A DNA stretch of 64,000 nt, taken from NCBI RefSeq assembly GCF_006345805.1, contig NC_043007.1:70680001-70744000 (forward strand). Reading direction: 5' to 3'. Origin of the DNA: Octopus sinensis. Taxonomy: Eukaryota. The translations under genes were made by a program, and so were the position numbers. This document shows positions 11,172 to 22,360 of this stretch, one piece after another. Under the pieces are notes generated by a model. It saw nothing but the letters and a program-made list of their open reading frames with translations, did no database searches and had not been told where the DNA came from. Each line of letters begins with the position of its first letter. The first letter of the stretch is position 1.

Positions 11172-12661
11172 GGTATTAATGGTGAGATACTACAGATATA
11201 TTCCTCGGTAAACTTTCCTCGCAGTGAACTTCCTCTTGGTGAACTTTCCTCATGGTGAATTCATGGCGGTGAACTTCCCTTGCAATGAATTGATGGTGGT
11301 GAACTTACCTGTAATCAGGTGTATAATTGTCAGGTTAGAGGTTTGTTGGTGATTTTTTTTATTACATGATAACATGGGTTTTGAACGAAGGATAACAGGA
11401 AATTGGTGATGTACCTGTATAATGAATCTATAATGGGAACATAAAAAACTTCTTTTCTGCCAATTTGTTGCCACAGATCCACAACGACGATGCCCAATCT
11501 GCTGAAAGCCGAGTGAAAAGTATCAACATTTATTTGTGTAACAACATATGATAGCACTTTCCTATTTAAACGTGCTAAATAACACAGACAATGTTTAAAG
11601 ACAAACTTCCCTGTTCATTGTTTTTCCAATAGTTGTGGAGTATTTTTCTAAATAGGCATTGTCCAGTTCCCAAGAGAATACTTAACTCAATTGACATTTG
11701 GTTGCTGTGTTTTCTGCATTCTCTGGATATTAAATGGAATGTAGTTATTATCTGTGTATACTAATGGAATAACTGGTCACACTCTACAATCAATAACTAA
11801 ACAATTGAAATTAAAACCACCTTGGGGCTAGTTACTACAGTAACAACATTAATATCAACATTTGCACAGGGAATAACACAACGGAACAGACATTTTTGTT
11901 TGTTTGTGTGTTTTTAACACTTAGTTTTTAATCTGATCAAATACAATTAGCACTAAGAACATTTAAATTATCTTTGTTTATTTATGTTTGTTTCGATGGA
12001 CCCTAGATTCACCTTATCAGCAGATTTTAATTCTCTATTTGGTAACAGTTATGTACAGAACATGTATTTCTGTAGATCTGGCTAAATTGAAATATCTTTA
12101 TGTTGACTGAATGGATACAAAACTGTTTTACTTATAATTAGCTTTATGTATTTTAATCACGAAGCTAGAAAAAACAGACTGGCTTAATGTCGAAGCTGTC
12201 ATTCTCCTGACTTGTGACTGCTCAGCAGCTGTTTGGCAATAAATGCCTTTTATTGTAACTTTTGGTAAAATCATTAATATTCCTGCCTCATTGTAAGCTA
12301 CTTGAAACTTAAGTAAAAAAATACATTTTTTTTATAAGGCATCTGGTGGCATATAAAGGTAACCTGTGCCAGTGACTTGTAAAAGACACTTGTACTGGTG
12401 GCATGTTAAAGGCACCTGAACCAGTGACAAGTAAAATATATCCAGTACACTCTATGGAGTGGTTGGTGTTAAGAAGGGCATTCAGCCATAGAAATCAAAC
12501 CAAAACAGACTGGAGCTTAGTGCAGCTCTCCAACTTATCTCCTTATCTCTCTCTCTTTATATGTATGTGTGTGAGTGTGTGTACGAGTGTTTATATGTGT
12601 ATATGTCTGTGTGTGTGTTTATATATGCATGTGTATGTGTGCATGTGTGTATGTATATATA

Positions 12662-13602
12662 CCATAAATCCTCGAGTATAGTCTGCCCTTGAGTATAATA
12701 TGCAGGGGATTTTTAGGGGGATGTACCTTTGTAAAACCTAAACCTTGTGTATAATATGCACCCCTTCTCTAACTTGAGTCGAGGAGGTCTATATAACATC
12801 CTTGGTTTGTAAAAATGTATACGGTAATGTCCTTTATTATTGCCTTCTTTAGCTTTGGCATCTGTTTAATTTCTTCTTTATTTCTTCTCCATAACCTGAC
12901 ATTGCTTTTGTCAACAACAAATTTTCGTCCGGTGGCCCTATTACCATGCTCTTCAGCATAAGAAATAACTTCAAGTTTAAGCATAGCTGAATAAGATCTA
13001 TGAGGCATTTTATGGGCATGTAATGTATAAAATTCTTTATCGGAGATTAATGTACAGGTTTAAAACCCACTTATAAAGATCCCTTGTAAGACCCACAGTA
13101 GTTAAAATATTTAATACTGGTATTTAATTATCTATTGTTTGCCACGGTAATGATGCAAACTGTTCATACAAACAGCAGGATGAACTACTTAGTGCTAAAC
13201 TATTAAGCACAATTCGTGCGTAATTAAGCCAGTAGCACCTAGTCAAACAAACACTTCCGTGCATGCGTAATACAACAATGGTGATGTTCTTAACTGTTAT
13301 ATGGGAATGTAAATATGTTTGCAAATTGTTTTTGTTACATGTTATTCTGCGTTCTGAAAATTTTTATTTTAATGTTGCTTACTGCAAGTTATGGATGATT
13401 CTTTTATGACTTCATTGCTTTCAGGTATTTTCGTGCCCGACATCACAAAATGTATCTGAATAAACATTGCCAGACAGCAAACAGAGACTCAGGCATTGCT
13501 TAGAAAATATTTTTCATTTTTAACCTCGTATATAGTATGTACTAGGGATTTTGACCTTTAAATTTTGGGAAAAAAATGCGGATTATACTCGAGGATTTAC
13601 GG
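12662..13602 (-). mobile_element. pogo/Passer (POGK-like) internally deleted transposon
   Basis: Same TIRs as 10427-10915, TA flanks at 12660-61 and 13603-04; retains a Brinker-type DNA-binding domain ORF. Confidence 0.85.
12769..13008 (-). pseudogene. Truncated transposase N-terminus (BrkDBD-like)
   Basis: MPHRSYSAMLKLEVISYAEEHGNRATGRKFVVDKSNVRLWRRNKEEI resembles the BrkDBD pattern RSY...FKL.V..YAE..GNRAA.R.F.V....VR.WR (from recall); no HTH_Tc5 or DDE domain. Confidence 0.75.
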
Positions 13603-13983
13603 TATGTATGTCTGTATCCGTTTATATTTACACTGATTTTGCTTTTACTGTATCCCTTTCTGTTCTGCAACTTAGCAGCCTAACATAGAGATTGATAAAA
13701 TAAGGTGTAATGGTTTCATGGATCATGAGAAAATTTTGGTTCATCATTTAAATATTTATTCTTTGTTTAGTTTACTGTTCTGTTAAGATAGGATCTACAA
13801 AAAAGTACTCCATCCAGCGAGAGATAAATACCATTTGATATACACTGCATTAAATTATGAGCAACTAACAGTCTCCAGTCATTGAGACACATGGTTATGT
13901 AGGTTTATGTTATAACATAAAGCTCATTAACCACATGTCTTAATGGTGAGAAACTATTAGTATCTCTCCTTTTAATACAGTGT

Positions 13984-14405
13984 AGGCATAGGAGTGGATG
14001 TGTGGTAAGTAGCTTGCTTACGAACCACATGGTTACAAACCACATGGTTCCGGGTTCAGTCTCACTGCATGTCACCTTGGGCAAGTGTCTTCTACTATAG
14101 CCTCGGGCCGACCAAAGCCTTGTGAGTGGATTTGGTAGATGAACTGGAAGAAGCCCGTCACATATATGTATATATGTATATGTATGTTTGCGTGTCTGTG
14201 TTTGTCCCCCCAACATCGCTTGACAACTGATGCTGGTGTGTTTACATCCCCGTAACTTAGCGGTTCGGCCAAAGAGACTGATAGAATAAGTACTAGGCTT
14301 AGAAAGAATAAGTCCTGGGGTCGATTTGCTCGACTAAAGGTGGTGCTCCAGCATGGCCACAGTCACATGACTGAAACAAGTAAAAGAGTAAAAAGAGTAA
14401 AGAGA
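13984..14405 (+). mobile_element. SINE family B
   Basis: Full-length copy with aagag-type tail. Confidence 0.9.
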
Positions 14406-15044
14406 GTACATTAAATGATATTTATTCATTGTTTATATATTTAGTGGTGGTGTTAGTGATGGTTGTTGTATTGGGGGCAACAGACTTTCTTTTAGAAGAT
14501 AACCATAAAGCAGAACCTATTTATCACCTTTCTTTGAAGTCTCTCAATGGTTTTAGACTTCACACTTGGAACAGAAAAGGAAACGTGTCAAGAAAATTCA
14601 ACTTGAATCTTATATTTAAGCATTGGTCTGCAACAGAGAGGGATGGGAGTGGTTTGTTATTTCCTCTTATGTATTCTCGTGTTTTACTACCTTGTTTTAA
14701 AGGAAATCAAACTGTTTTAGCAGATAAACATAACATCTGGCTGCTCCAAGCCTTGTTTAGTTTACAAACATTTTCGCTGGAAAATAACAAAGCTATTTAG
14801 GGAAACTCTGTTATTGGTTCGAATAGTATTTCTTATCGTTCTTCAATGTTTTAGATGTGTTTAAATCAGTTGCAACATCTACGATTATTAAGCTATTATT
14901 TTAAATAAATAGATGAAAAAAAGGGTAAATAAAAAAGAAGGCAAAGAAAAGAGAGGAGCAAAGAAAAGGCAGGTAAGGGGTTTGAAATTTGGGTGGGATT
15001 GATGGTAGGGATGTTAAAAAGAGGAAGAGGGCAAAAAAAGGAGG

Positions 15045-15224
15045 AAATGAAGAAGGAGAAGCAGAAGAAGAAGCAGAAGAAGAAGAAGAAGAAGAAGAAG
15101 AAGAAGAAGAAGAAGAAGAAGAAGAAGAAGAAGAAGAAGAAGAAGAAGAAGAAGAAGAAGAAGGAGAAGAAGCAGAAGAAGCAGAAGAAGAAGAAGAAGA
15201 AGAAGAAGAAGAAGAAGAAGAAGG
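15045..15224. repeat. (GAA)n triplet tract
   Basis: Direct reading; source of the poly-E/K/F/S/L ORFs. Confidence 0.95.
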
Positions 15225-15549
15225 AAAACAAAAGAAAAAGAAAAACAAGGAAAAGAAGGTAAAGATGATGATGAGAAAGGATTAAAAGAAAGTGAATCAT
15301 GTGGAGAATCTAATCTAAGGAGGAAGTAAAAAAAAAAAGAAGGCAAGAAAACTAAAAAGGGAGAAAAAGAAGGGAGTTGGAGTTGTTGTTATTGGTAGTG
15401 GTGGTGGCAATGGTAGTAGTGGAGGAGGAGGAGGTGATGGTACTGGTGGCATTGACTGCCGTTGGTGATTATATTTTATAGGAAAGAACATTTGTTTCTT
15501 CTCTGCTATTTACACAACCACTAACATCTTTTTACCACTGATTAGCAAA

Positions 15550-15912
15550 AATTCAACTACAACCAACACTGCTAACACCACCACCACCACCATGTACTCA
15601 CCACCACTGTCCACACCACAACCATCCACACCATTACCATCCACACTACCACTATCACTACCAGCATCACCACCACCACCACACACCACCACCAACACCA
15701 ACACCAATACCACTATCATTACTAACACCATTATGTACTCACCACCACCACCACCACCAACGACAACAAAAACAACCACCACCACCCCACCACCACCACC
15801 CCACCACCACCACCCCACCACCACCACCACAATGACAATGATGACGACCACAACGACGACTACGACGACCGCCGCCACCACCACCACACCACACCACCAC
15901 TCCCCACCACCC
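15550..15912. repeat. Degenerate (CCA)n/(CGA)n microsatellite region
   Basis: Direct reading. Confidence 0.9.
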
Positions 15913-16269
15913 CGTGTTATAAAAGCAAGAGTTTGTAGGTTATTAATGGTGTGTGTTGGTTTGGAATGGTGAAATGGAGGGCTGGGTGGTTTGGGTGGTG
16001 GAAAGTAAACAAATGAGGTGTAATATGGGTGCAGCGTATGAGGAAGTAAAAAAAAAAAACGAGGGTTTTCATTAAGCTACTCTGATGGAATGTTTACTCT
16101 TCTTCTCTTCTGAGTAATTAGCAACTCATCAGGATGGCCGAGAATGAATTGTTTGTTGTTTTTTCTGTTGCTTCGAGTAAAAACATTAAAAATATTGCTG
16201 AGATAAGTCATCGTTTGAAACTAAGTTTCTTTTAGATGATGGAAGAATATTGTTTTTCTTCTTCTTGTC

Positions 16270-17235
16270 TTTGTTTTGTAGAGTTGTAGTTGATAAGATG
16301 TTATATTGATGGACAGAAAGTGAAGGGCTTGCTGTATTTAGATTCATAACTAGGTACCATAACTTGGTACTATAACTAGGGTACCACAATCCATTACAGT
16401 AAGTAGCAAGAATACTGTTTATGCTCTTGTCATCTTTATTTTGTATACTTATAATTGGTAAGATACTAGATTGGTGGACAGTGTGTGAGGGGCTTGCTGT
16501 ATTTAGATTCATAACTAGGTACCTTAACTAGGTACCATAACTTGGTATGATAACTAGGGTACCACAATCCATTACAGTAAGTAGCAGGAATACTGTTTTT
16601 GCTCTTGTCATCTTTATTTTGTATACTTATAATTGGTAAGATATTAGATTGGTGGGCAGGGGGTGAGGGGCTTGCTGTATTTAGATTCATAACTAGGTAC
16701 CTTAACTAGGTACCATAACTTGGTATGATAACTAGGGTACCACAATCCATTACAGTAAGTAGCAGGAATACTGTTTTTGCTCTTGTCATCTTTATTTTGT
16801 ATACTTATAATTGGTAAGATATTAAATTGGTGGAGAGAGGGTGAGGAGCTTACTGTATTTAGATTCATAACTAGGCACCATAACTAGGTACTATAACTAG
16901 GGTACCATAATCCATTACAGTAAGTTGCTGGAATACTGTTTATGCTCTTGTCATTTTTATTTTGTATACTTATAATTGGTAAGATATTATATTGGGGACA
17001 GTGGTTGAGGCACCAAAACTAGGTATCATAACTAGGGTACCATAATTTATTACAGTAAGTAGCAGGAATACTGTTTTTGTTCTTGTCTTGTATACTGTCG
17101 TGTATCCTTGTCTTGCATTCTTGTAGTTGGTAAGATATTAGATTGGTGAACAGAGAGTGAGGGCCTTGCTGTATTTAGATTTATAACTAGGTACTATAAC
17201 TAGGGTACCATAATCCATTACAGTAAATAGTAGGA
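16270..17235. repeat. Hierarchical minisatellite, ~6 units of 135-178 bp with internal 13-bp subrepeats
   Basis: tagggtacca at 16377, 16555, 16733, 16898, 17033, 17201 (spacings 178, 178, 165, 135, 168); ataactaggtacc-type subunits. Confidence 0.9.
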
Positions 17236-17419
17236 AGATTCTATTGTTGAATGCTTTGACTGTTTGTGATTCTGAGCTGAAGTCTTTCAGTGTGGAGGTT
17301 TTTCTTAATTCTGGTTTATATATTTTTTGATTCATTTGGTCTGAAGAAAGGGACTGTTCACATGGTCTTTGTAGGTCCTGTTTTCAGCGAATTGGCAGAA
17401 AGCGAGTGCACACAAGCAG

Positions 17420-18859
17420 TACTATAGGAGAATAAGACTTGTACTGAAGACTGAACTGAACTCAGAAAATTGTGTTGAAGCCATTAACACCCTGGCACTT
17501 CCAGTAGTTTGATACAGTTTTAACATCACTAACTGGAATCCTATTGAGCTCCAATGCAGGGACAGGAAAACTAGAAAATTATTGACATCTAAGAACATGC
17601 ACCATCCAAAAGCAGACGTTAACTGTCTGCACCTACCTAGTGGGCTGAAGAGGAATAATGCAATTAGAACTGTGCTATAAGACCTTCGCAATAGCAATGA
17701 ATAGGTGTTTATCTAGTAAAGAGGACTGGATGCTGTGATTTATGTACAAACATCAAAATAACAAAAAAGTCATATTCTAATATCAAGGAAGCTTATAAAT
17801 TCGCAAGGGAACTTGGCTTCAACCCTGAATTAGATGAAGAACCTGAAACCACTGCCACCAAACAAACAAACCGGATAAAGCAGAAAGCAAAAAAAAAAAA
17901 AAAAAAAAAGAACAGGCAGAAACAAATTGTGGAGTGGTGAAGCCAAAAGTCTCTGCATGGACAGTATATACTTCAAAGTCAAAATGCTGATGTAGACCAA
18001 GCAACAACCCATCAGTGGCTGAGAAGTTCAGGACTGAAAGCAGAGACAGAAGTTTTCATATTGTCGGCACAAGATCAAAGCTTGCTTACCAAAAACTACA
18101 AGGCTAACGTTCTTGAAAATGGTACTGACCCTAGATGCAGATTCTGCGACACATTTGATGAAACAATTAACCATCTCATTTCCAGATGTTCTGTGCTGAT
18201 ATCAAACAAATACAAAAATTGCTACGATGGGGTGGGACAGTATTTACATTGGAAAATATGTTAACGCTACTTAATTGGCACTCCTGCTTACTTGTATGAA
18301 CATAATCTTGAACCAGTCATTGAAAGTAAAAATGTCACTATCCTCTGGGATTTTTCGGTCAACACTGGCTAATCGACCAAACATAATTATTAAAGACGAG
18401 GAAGAAAATACCAGTAGACTAATAGATGTAAGTGTTCCCACTGATAAAGATATATCTGTAAAGGAATTTGACAATCTTAGTAAATAAAAGGACCTGGAAA
18501 TTGAAATACAACAGATGTGGCATCTTAAAGCAAAAACTGTTCCTGTTATTGTGGGTGCCCTTATATATGATAAAAAAAAGGGATGACAGAAACATCTAGA
18601 CAACATCCCAGGAGAACCATGTCTCAGAGAAATTCAAAAGATTGTGTTGATAAGTACAGCCTTAGAAAAACCCCTTCAATTTAAATGTCTGTGTTGTATT
18701 ACATGGAAATATTTTGCTACTGCCCCTGTCACTTGCCACCCCAAGCTTTAAGTTATACTGTAATATCTCTTATCCTTCACTTGCCTAGGGTTCTGGGTGT
18801 GTCTCAGTAAGTGATTGCAAATTAAAAGTGATGTAGATTAAAAGGAAATGATAATAATA

Positions 18860-18913
<54 letters not shown>

Positions 18914-18925
18914 GGACAATAATAA
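17420..18925 (+). mobile_element. Decayed R4/Dong-like LINE 3' part with (TAA)n tail
   Basis: RRIRLVLKTELN, MHHPKAD, AQDQSLLTKNY, CRFCDTFDETINHLISRC (CCHC), PNIII..LIDVSVP (RLE), IPVIVGAL; many stops; tail about 18850-18925. Confidence 0.85.
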
Positions 18926-18984
18926 TCCTTTCTTTAATAGGCACAAGGCCTGAAATTTGGGGGAGGGGAATGGGTGATTAAATT

Positions 18985-19185
18985 GATCCCAGCACTCAAC
19001 TGGTACTTATTTTATTGACCCCTCAAAAGGAATGAAAGGCAAAGTTGACCTCAGCAGAATTTGAACTCAGAATGTGAAGATGGATGAAATACCACCAAGC
19101 ATTTCATCCATCATGAAATGCTTGGTGGTATTTCATGATGGATATCAAGCATTTTGCCTGGCATGCTAACAATTCTTCCAGCTTG
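18985..19185 (-). mobile_element. Diverged family A-like SINE with internal inverted duplication
   Basis: gaaaggcaaagttgacctcagcagaatttgaactcagaat core; 24-bp perfect inverted repeat at 19084-19136. Confidence 0.7.
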
Positions 19186-19289
19186 CTGCCTTAATAACGA
19201 TAATAATAATAATGATGTTGATGATGATGATGGTTTCCAGAGCCAACTCCTTGCTTTCAGTCTCTGCAGACCATCAGTGCCTGATGGTC

Positions 19290-20790
19290 TGCTGATGGTT
19301 TGACTGGCTTCAAAGCTGAATGCCAGAAACAATTTCAGCAATAAACTCGTACGCAATTGCAGTAGTTCGGTATGGCACTGGAATCCTGAAGTGGATAGAG
19401 GAGGAGCTAAAGGAGATGGACAGGAAGCCAAAAAAGCTCCTAACAATGCACGGAGCCTATTATCCATGTGCGGATGCTGATCGCCTATGCATGGAGTAAA
19501 CAAGTGGAGGAAGGGAACTGATAAGTGTGGAAGACTGCATATGTATCGAACTTGCGAGCTTAGTGAGATACCTAGCCCAAAGTAATGAAGCCTTGCTAGT
19601 GTCAGTTAGGAATGAGGGAATATTGAAAGCAGAGAAAAATGGAAAAACAAAGGAAGAAGTACAAAAAGGAGATGAAGAAGTGTTATGTAACAGGGACTAC
19701 ACAATCAATTCCATGTAGCCACAACAGAAGTTGCTGGAAAAAATAGGTGTGATTGGCTGATGAAAGGAACACTAAAGAAAGAGACTGAGAGCACTATACT
19801 AGTAGCGCAAGACCAAGCTTTGCCCATGAATTGGAGGGTCAACTTTAGGAATGAACAAGTGTCTCTGTTGTGCCACATCTGTAATAGAGTGGATGAAACC
19901 ATTGCCCATATCATGAACGAATGACCTAGACTTGCCCAAAACCACTACTCTGTTGCACCATATCTGTAATAGAGTGGATGAAACCATTGCCCATATCATG
20001 AACGAATGACCTAGACTTGCCCAAAACCACTACTCTGTTGCACCATATCTGTAATAGAGTGGATGAAACCATTGCCCATATCATGAACGAATGACCTAGA
20101 CTTGCCCAAAACCACTACTCTGTTGTGCCACATCTGTAATAGAGTGGATGAAACCATTGCCCATATCATGAACGAATGACCTAGACTTGTCCCAAACCAC
20201 TACAAGTTGTGGCAACACGATCAGGTAGTGAAAGTGCTACACTGGAAACTGTGTGAAGAGTAGGGGCTAAAGAGAGGCAAGATGTGGTATGAGCACAAAC
20301 TGCAGAAAGTGGTGGAGTCAGAGACTAGCAAAATCCTTTGGGATTTCTCAATCCAAACAGATCAGGTGCTAGAGCATAACAGACTGGACCTGGTGGTGGA
20401 CAGTGTGCACCACATATGCAATACAGTTGATATTGCATGTCCCTTTGATTCACAAATAGTCAAGAAGGAAGGTGGAAAAATAGATAAATACAAGCCTCTT
20501 AAGTACAAAATAGCCCCAGCTATAGAAAATGAAGAAGGTGAAGATAGTGCCAATTATTTTTGGTTCCTTAGAGACAGTATCAGAATGCACCAAGAGGAAT
20601 ATAAAGGAAACTGGAATAGAGTGCCCGGTAGAACTGTTACAAGAGTTTTGCCTCCTTGGCACGGCCAGAATAGTCAGGAAAGTATTAGATAGCTGAAAAG
20701 AACGAATAGCATGATACCCTAGGCTGTAGGCAGCAAGCCTGCTATGCATGCAAGACTCCAGGGGTTCCAACAAAACTTGTGATGGATAGA
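19290..20790 (+). mobile_element. Decayed R4/Dong-like LINE 3' part (distinct subfamily) with (TAA)n tail
   Basis: KLLTMHGAYYP, AQDQAL, CHICNRVDETIAHI (CCHC), WYEHKLQKVVESETSKILWDFSIQTD...DLVV..DIACPFD..K..KYKPL (RLE). Confidence 0.8.
19863..20203 (+). repeat. 4 x 85-bp tandem amplification of the CCHC-coding segment
   Basis: Units start at 19863, 19948, 20033, 20118. Confidence 0.95.
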
Positions 20791-20854
<64 letters not shown>

Positions 20855-20885
20855 TAATAATAATAATAATAATGATGATGATGAT

Positions 20886-20929
<44 letters not shown>

Positions 20930-20989
20930 AATAAAATAATAATAATAATAATAATAATAATGATAATAATAATAATAATGATGATGATG

Positions 20990-21046
<57 letters not shown>

Positions 21047-21060
21047 GTGATGATGATGGT
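20791..21060. repeat. (AAT)n/(GAT)n compound microsatellite
   Basis: Direct reading. Confidence 0.95.
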
Positions 21061-21798
21061 GATGTTTTTCAGAGCCAACTCTTCGCTTTCAGTCCCAGCA
21101 GACCATCAGTGCCTGATCCGTGGCAGCACCTTCTGAGCAAGCACTGGACTGCCTGGCCACAGCCAAACACACTGTGTCCAGTTTTCTTCTCCAGTGTGAT
21201 GTCCTTTAATAAGACCTGTAAGACCAGTGAAACTGATGCAATTTAATGATCATTTTGAATCATTGCAAATTAGTGGCTGTGAGAGAATATATGGGTAGGA
21301 AGGGTTTTCAGATAGGGGTTTGTCTATCAAGATATGCAGAGATAACTAGGTTTCCCTTGGCATCTGTGTGCCTCTGGGTTCAGTCCAACTGTGCAGCACT
21401 TAAATAAGTTATTTTTAACATAGCAAGACAGGTTAGGGGCCACTGTCTTGTGAGTGGCATTTAGTACTGTACTGTACTAAAGCTCACCGTGTGTGTGGAT
21501 GAGTGTAAAGGTATGTGTGAGTGTGTGTGTGTGAGTGTGCATGAGTATGTGAGTATATGTTAGGGTGAATGTGTGTGTATTTGTGCCCATGTTTGTCTCC
21601 ACCACCACTTAACAACCGGTGTTGGCGTGTTTACATCCCCATTACTTAGCAGTTTGGCAAAAGAGGCTGATAGAATAAGTAACAGGCTTAAAAAAACATA
21701 AGAAGTAGGGTCGATTCATTTGACTAAATTTCCTCAAGGCCATGCCCCAACATAGCCCATATTCTAATGACTTAAACAAAATATAAAAAAGATATTTG

Positions 21799-21814
21799 GC
21801 TGCTGTTGCTGCTG

Positions 21815-21900
<86 letters not shown>
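21799..21900. repeat. (CTG)n-(CTA)n-(CTG)n compound microsatellite
   Basis: Direct reading. Confidence 0.95.
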
Positions 21901-21902
<2 letters not shown>

Positions 21903-22324
21903 AGTAAAGACAAAATGGCTTAAGTAAGACACATGACAGGACATACCACAAATTAATCCATCGGCTGAATTCTTGGGATCCACGGTCTGTCTTCGGGTTG
22001 ATCACTTCTTTCCATAATATTAAGCAATGCAACTGGATAAGAATCTAACCTAAGGCAAGTAGCTTCATGGCTGGAACGAATTCAATGGCAAAACCAACAA
22101 GTGATTCAAATAAAACTTGTAGATCATCTCATAGCTCGAAACTGGCTGGTTCTGTGATCCTGTCAGCTGCTGGAGGATAGTAGGAGTTTGCTCCCCCTGC
22201 TAGTGATATATTGTATATAAAGGGTGCAGAGTTTGCACTGAAAACCAGTTGGCAGATAATCTGCCTGGGGTTAAACTAGTAGTTACATTCATCTGCCACA
22301 TTGATGTAGCTACTCACTTTACTG

Positions 22325-22357
<33 letters not shown>

Positions 22358-22360
<3 letters not shown>

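Larger units (their letters stand above)
10298..11317. mobile_element. Unclassified MITE with inverted arrays of AAGTTCAC/GTGAACTT motifs (host of two nested insertions)
   Basis: Left ggtaagttcactgtcatcagttaattgcagggaaagttcac mirrors right gtgaacttcccttgcaatgaattgatggtggtgaacttacc; related sequence at 47715-48699. Confidence 0.6.

Noticed and set aside
14429-14800. 123-aa plus-strand ORF with a hydrophobic N-terminus
   Set aside because: No recognisable motif or splice context; the N-terminus comes from a (GTG/GTT)-like run and the start is non-ATG.
14896-15972. Poly-E/K/S/F/L and P/T/H-rich ORFs
   Set aside because: Read-throughs of (GAA)n and (CCA)n microsatellites, open in several frames on both strands.
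16115-16180. Minus-strand CUGAUGA with an upstream GCAAC-A-GAAA (possible type II hammerhead)
   Set aside because: Extra base before GAAA, and no stem III or stem I pairing.
9314-20203. Both local tandem duplications have an 85-bp period
   Set aside because: Unrelated sequences and n=2; treated as coincidence.
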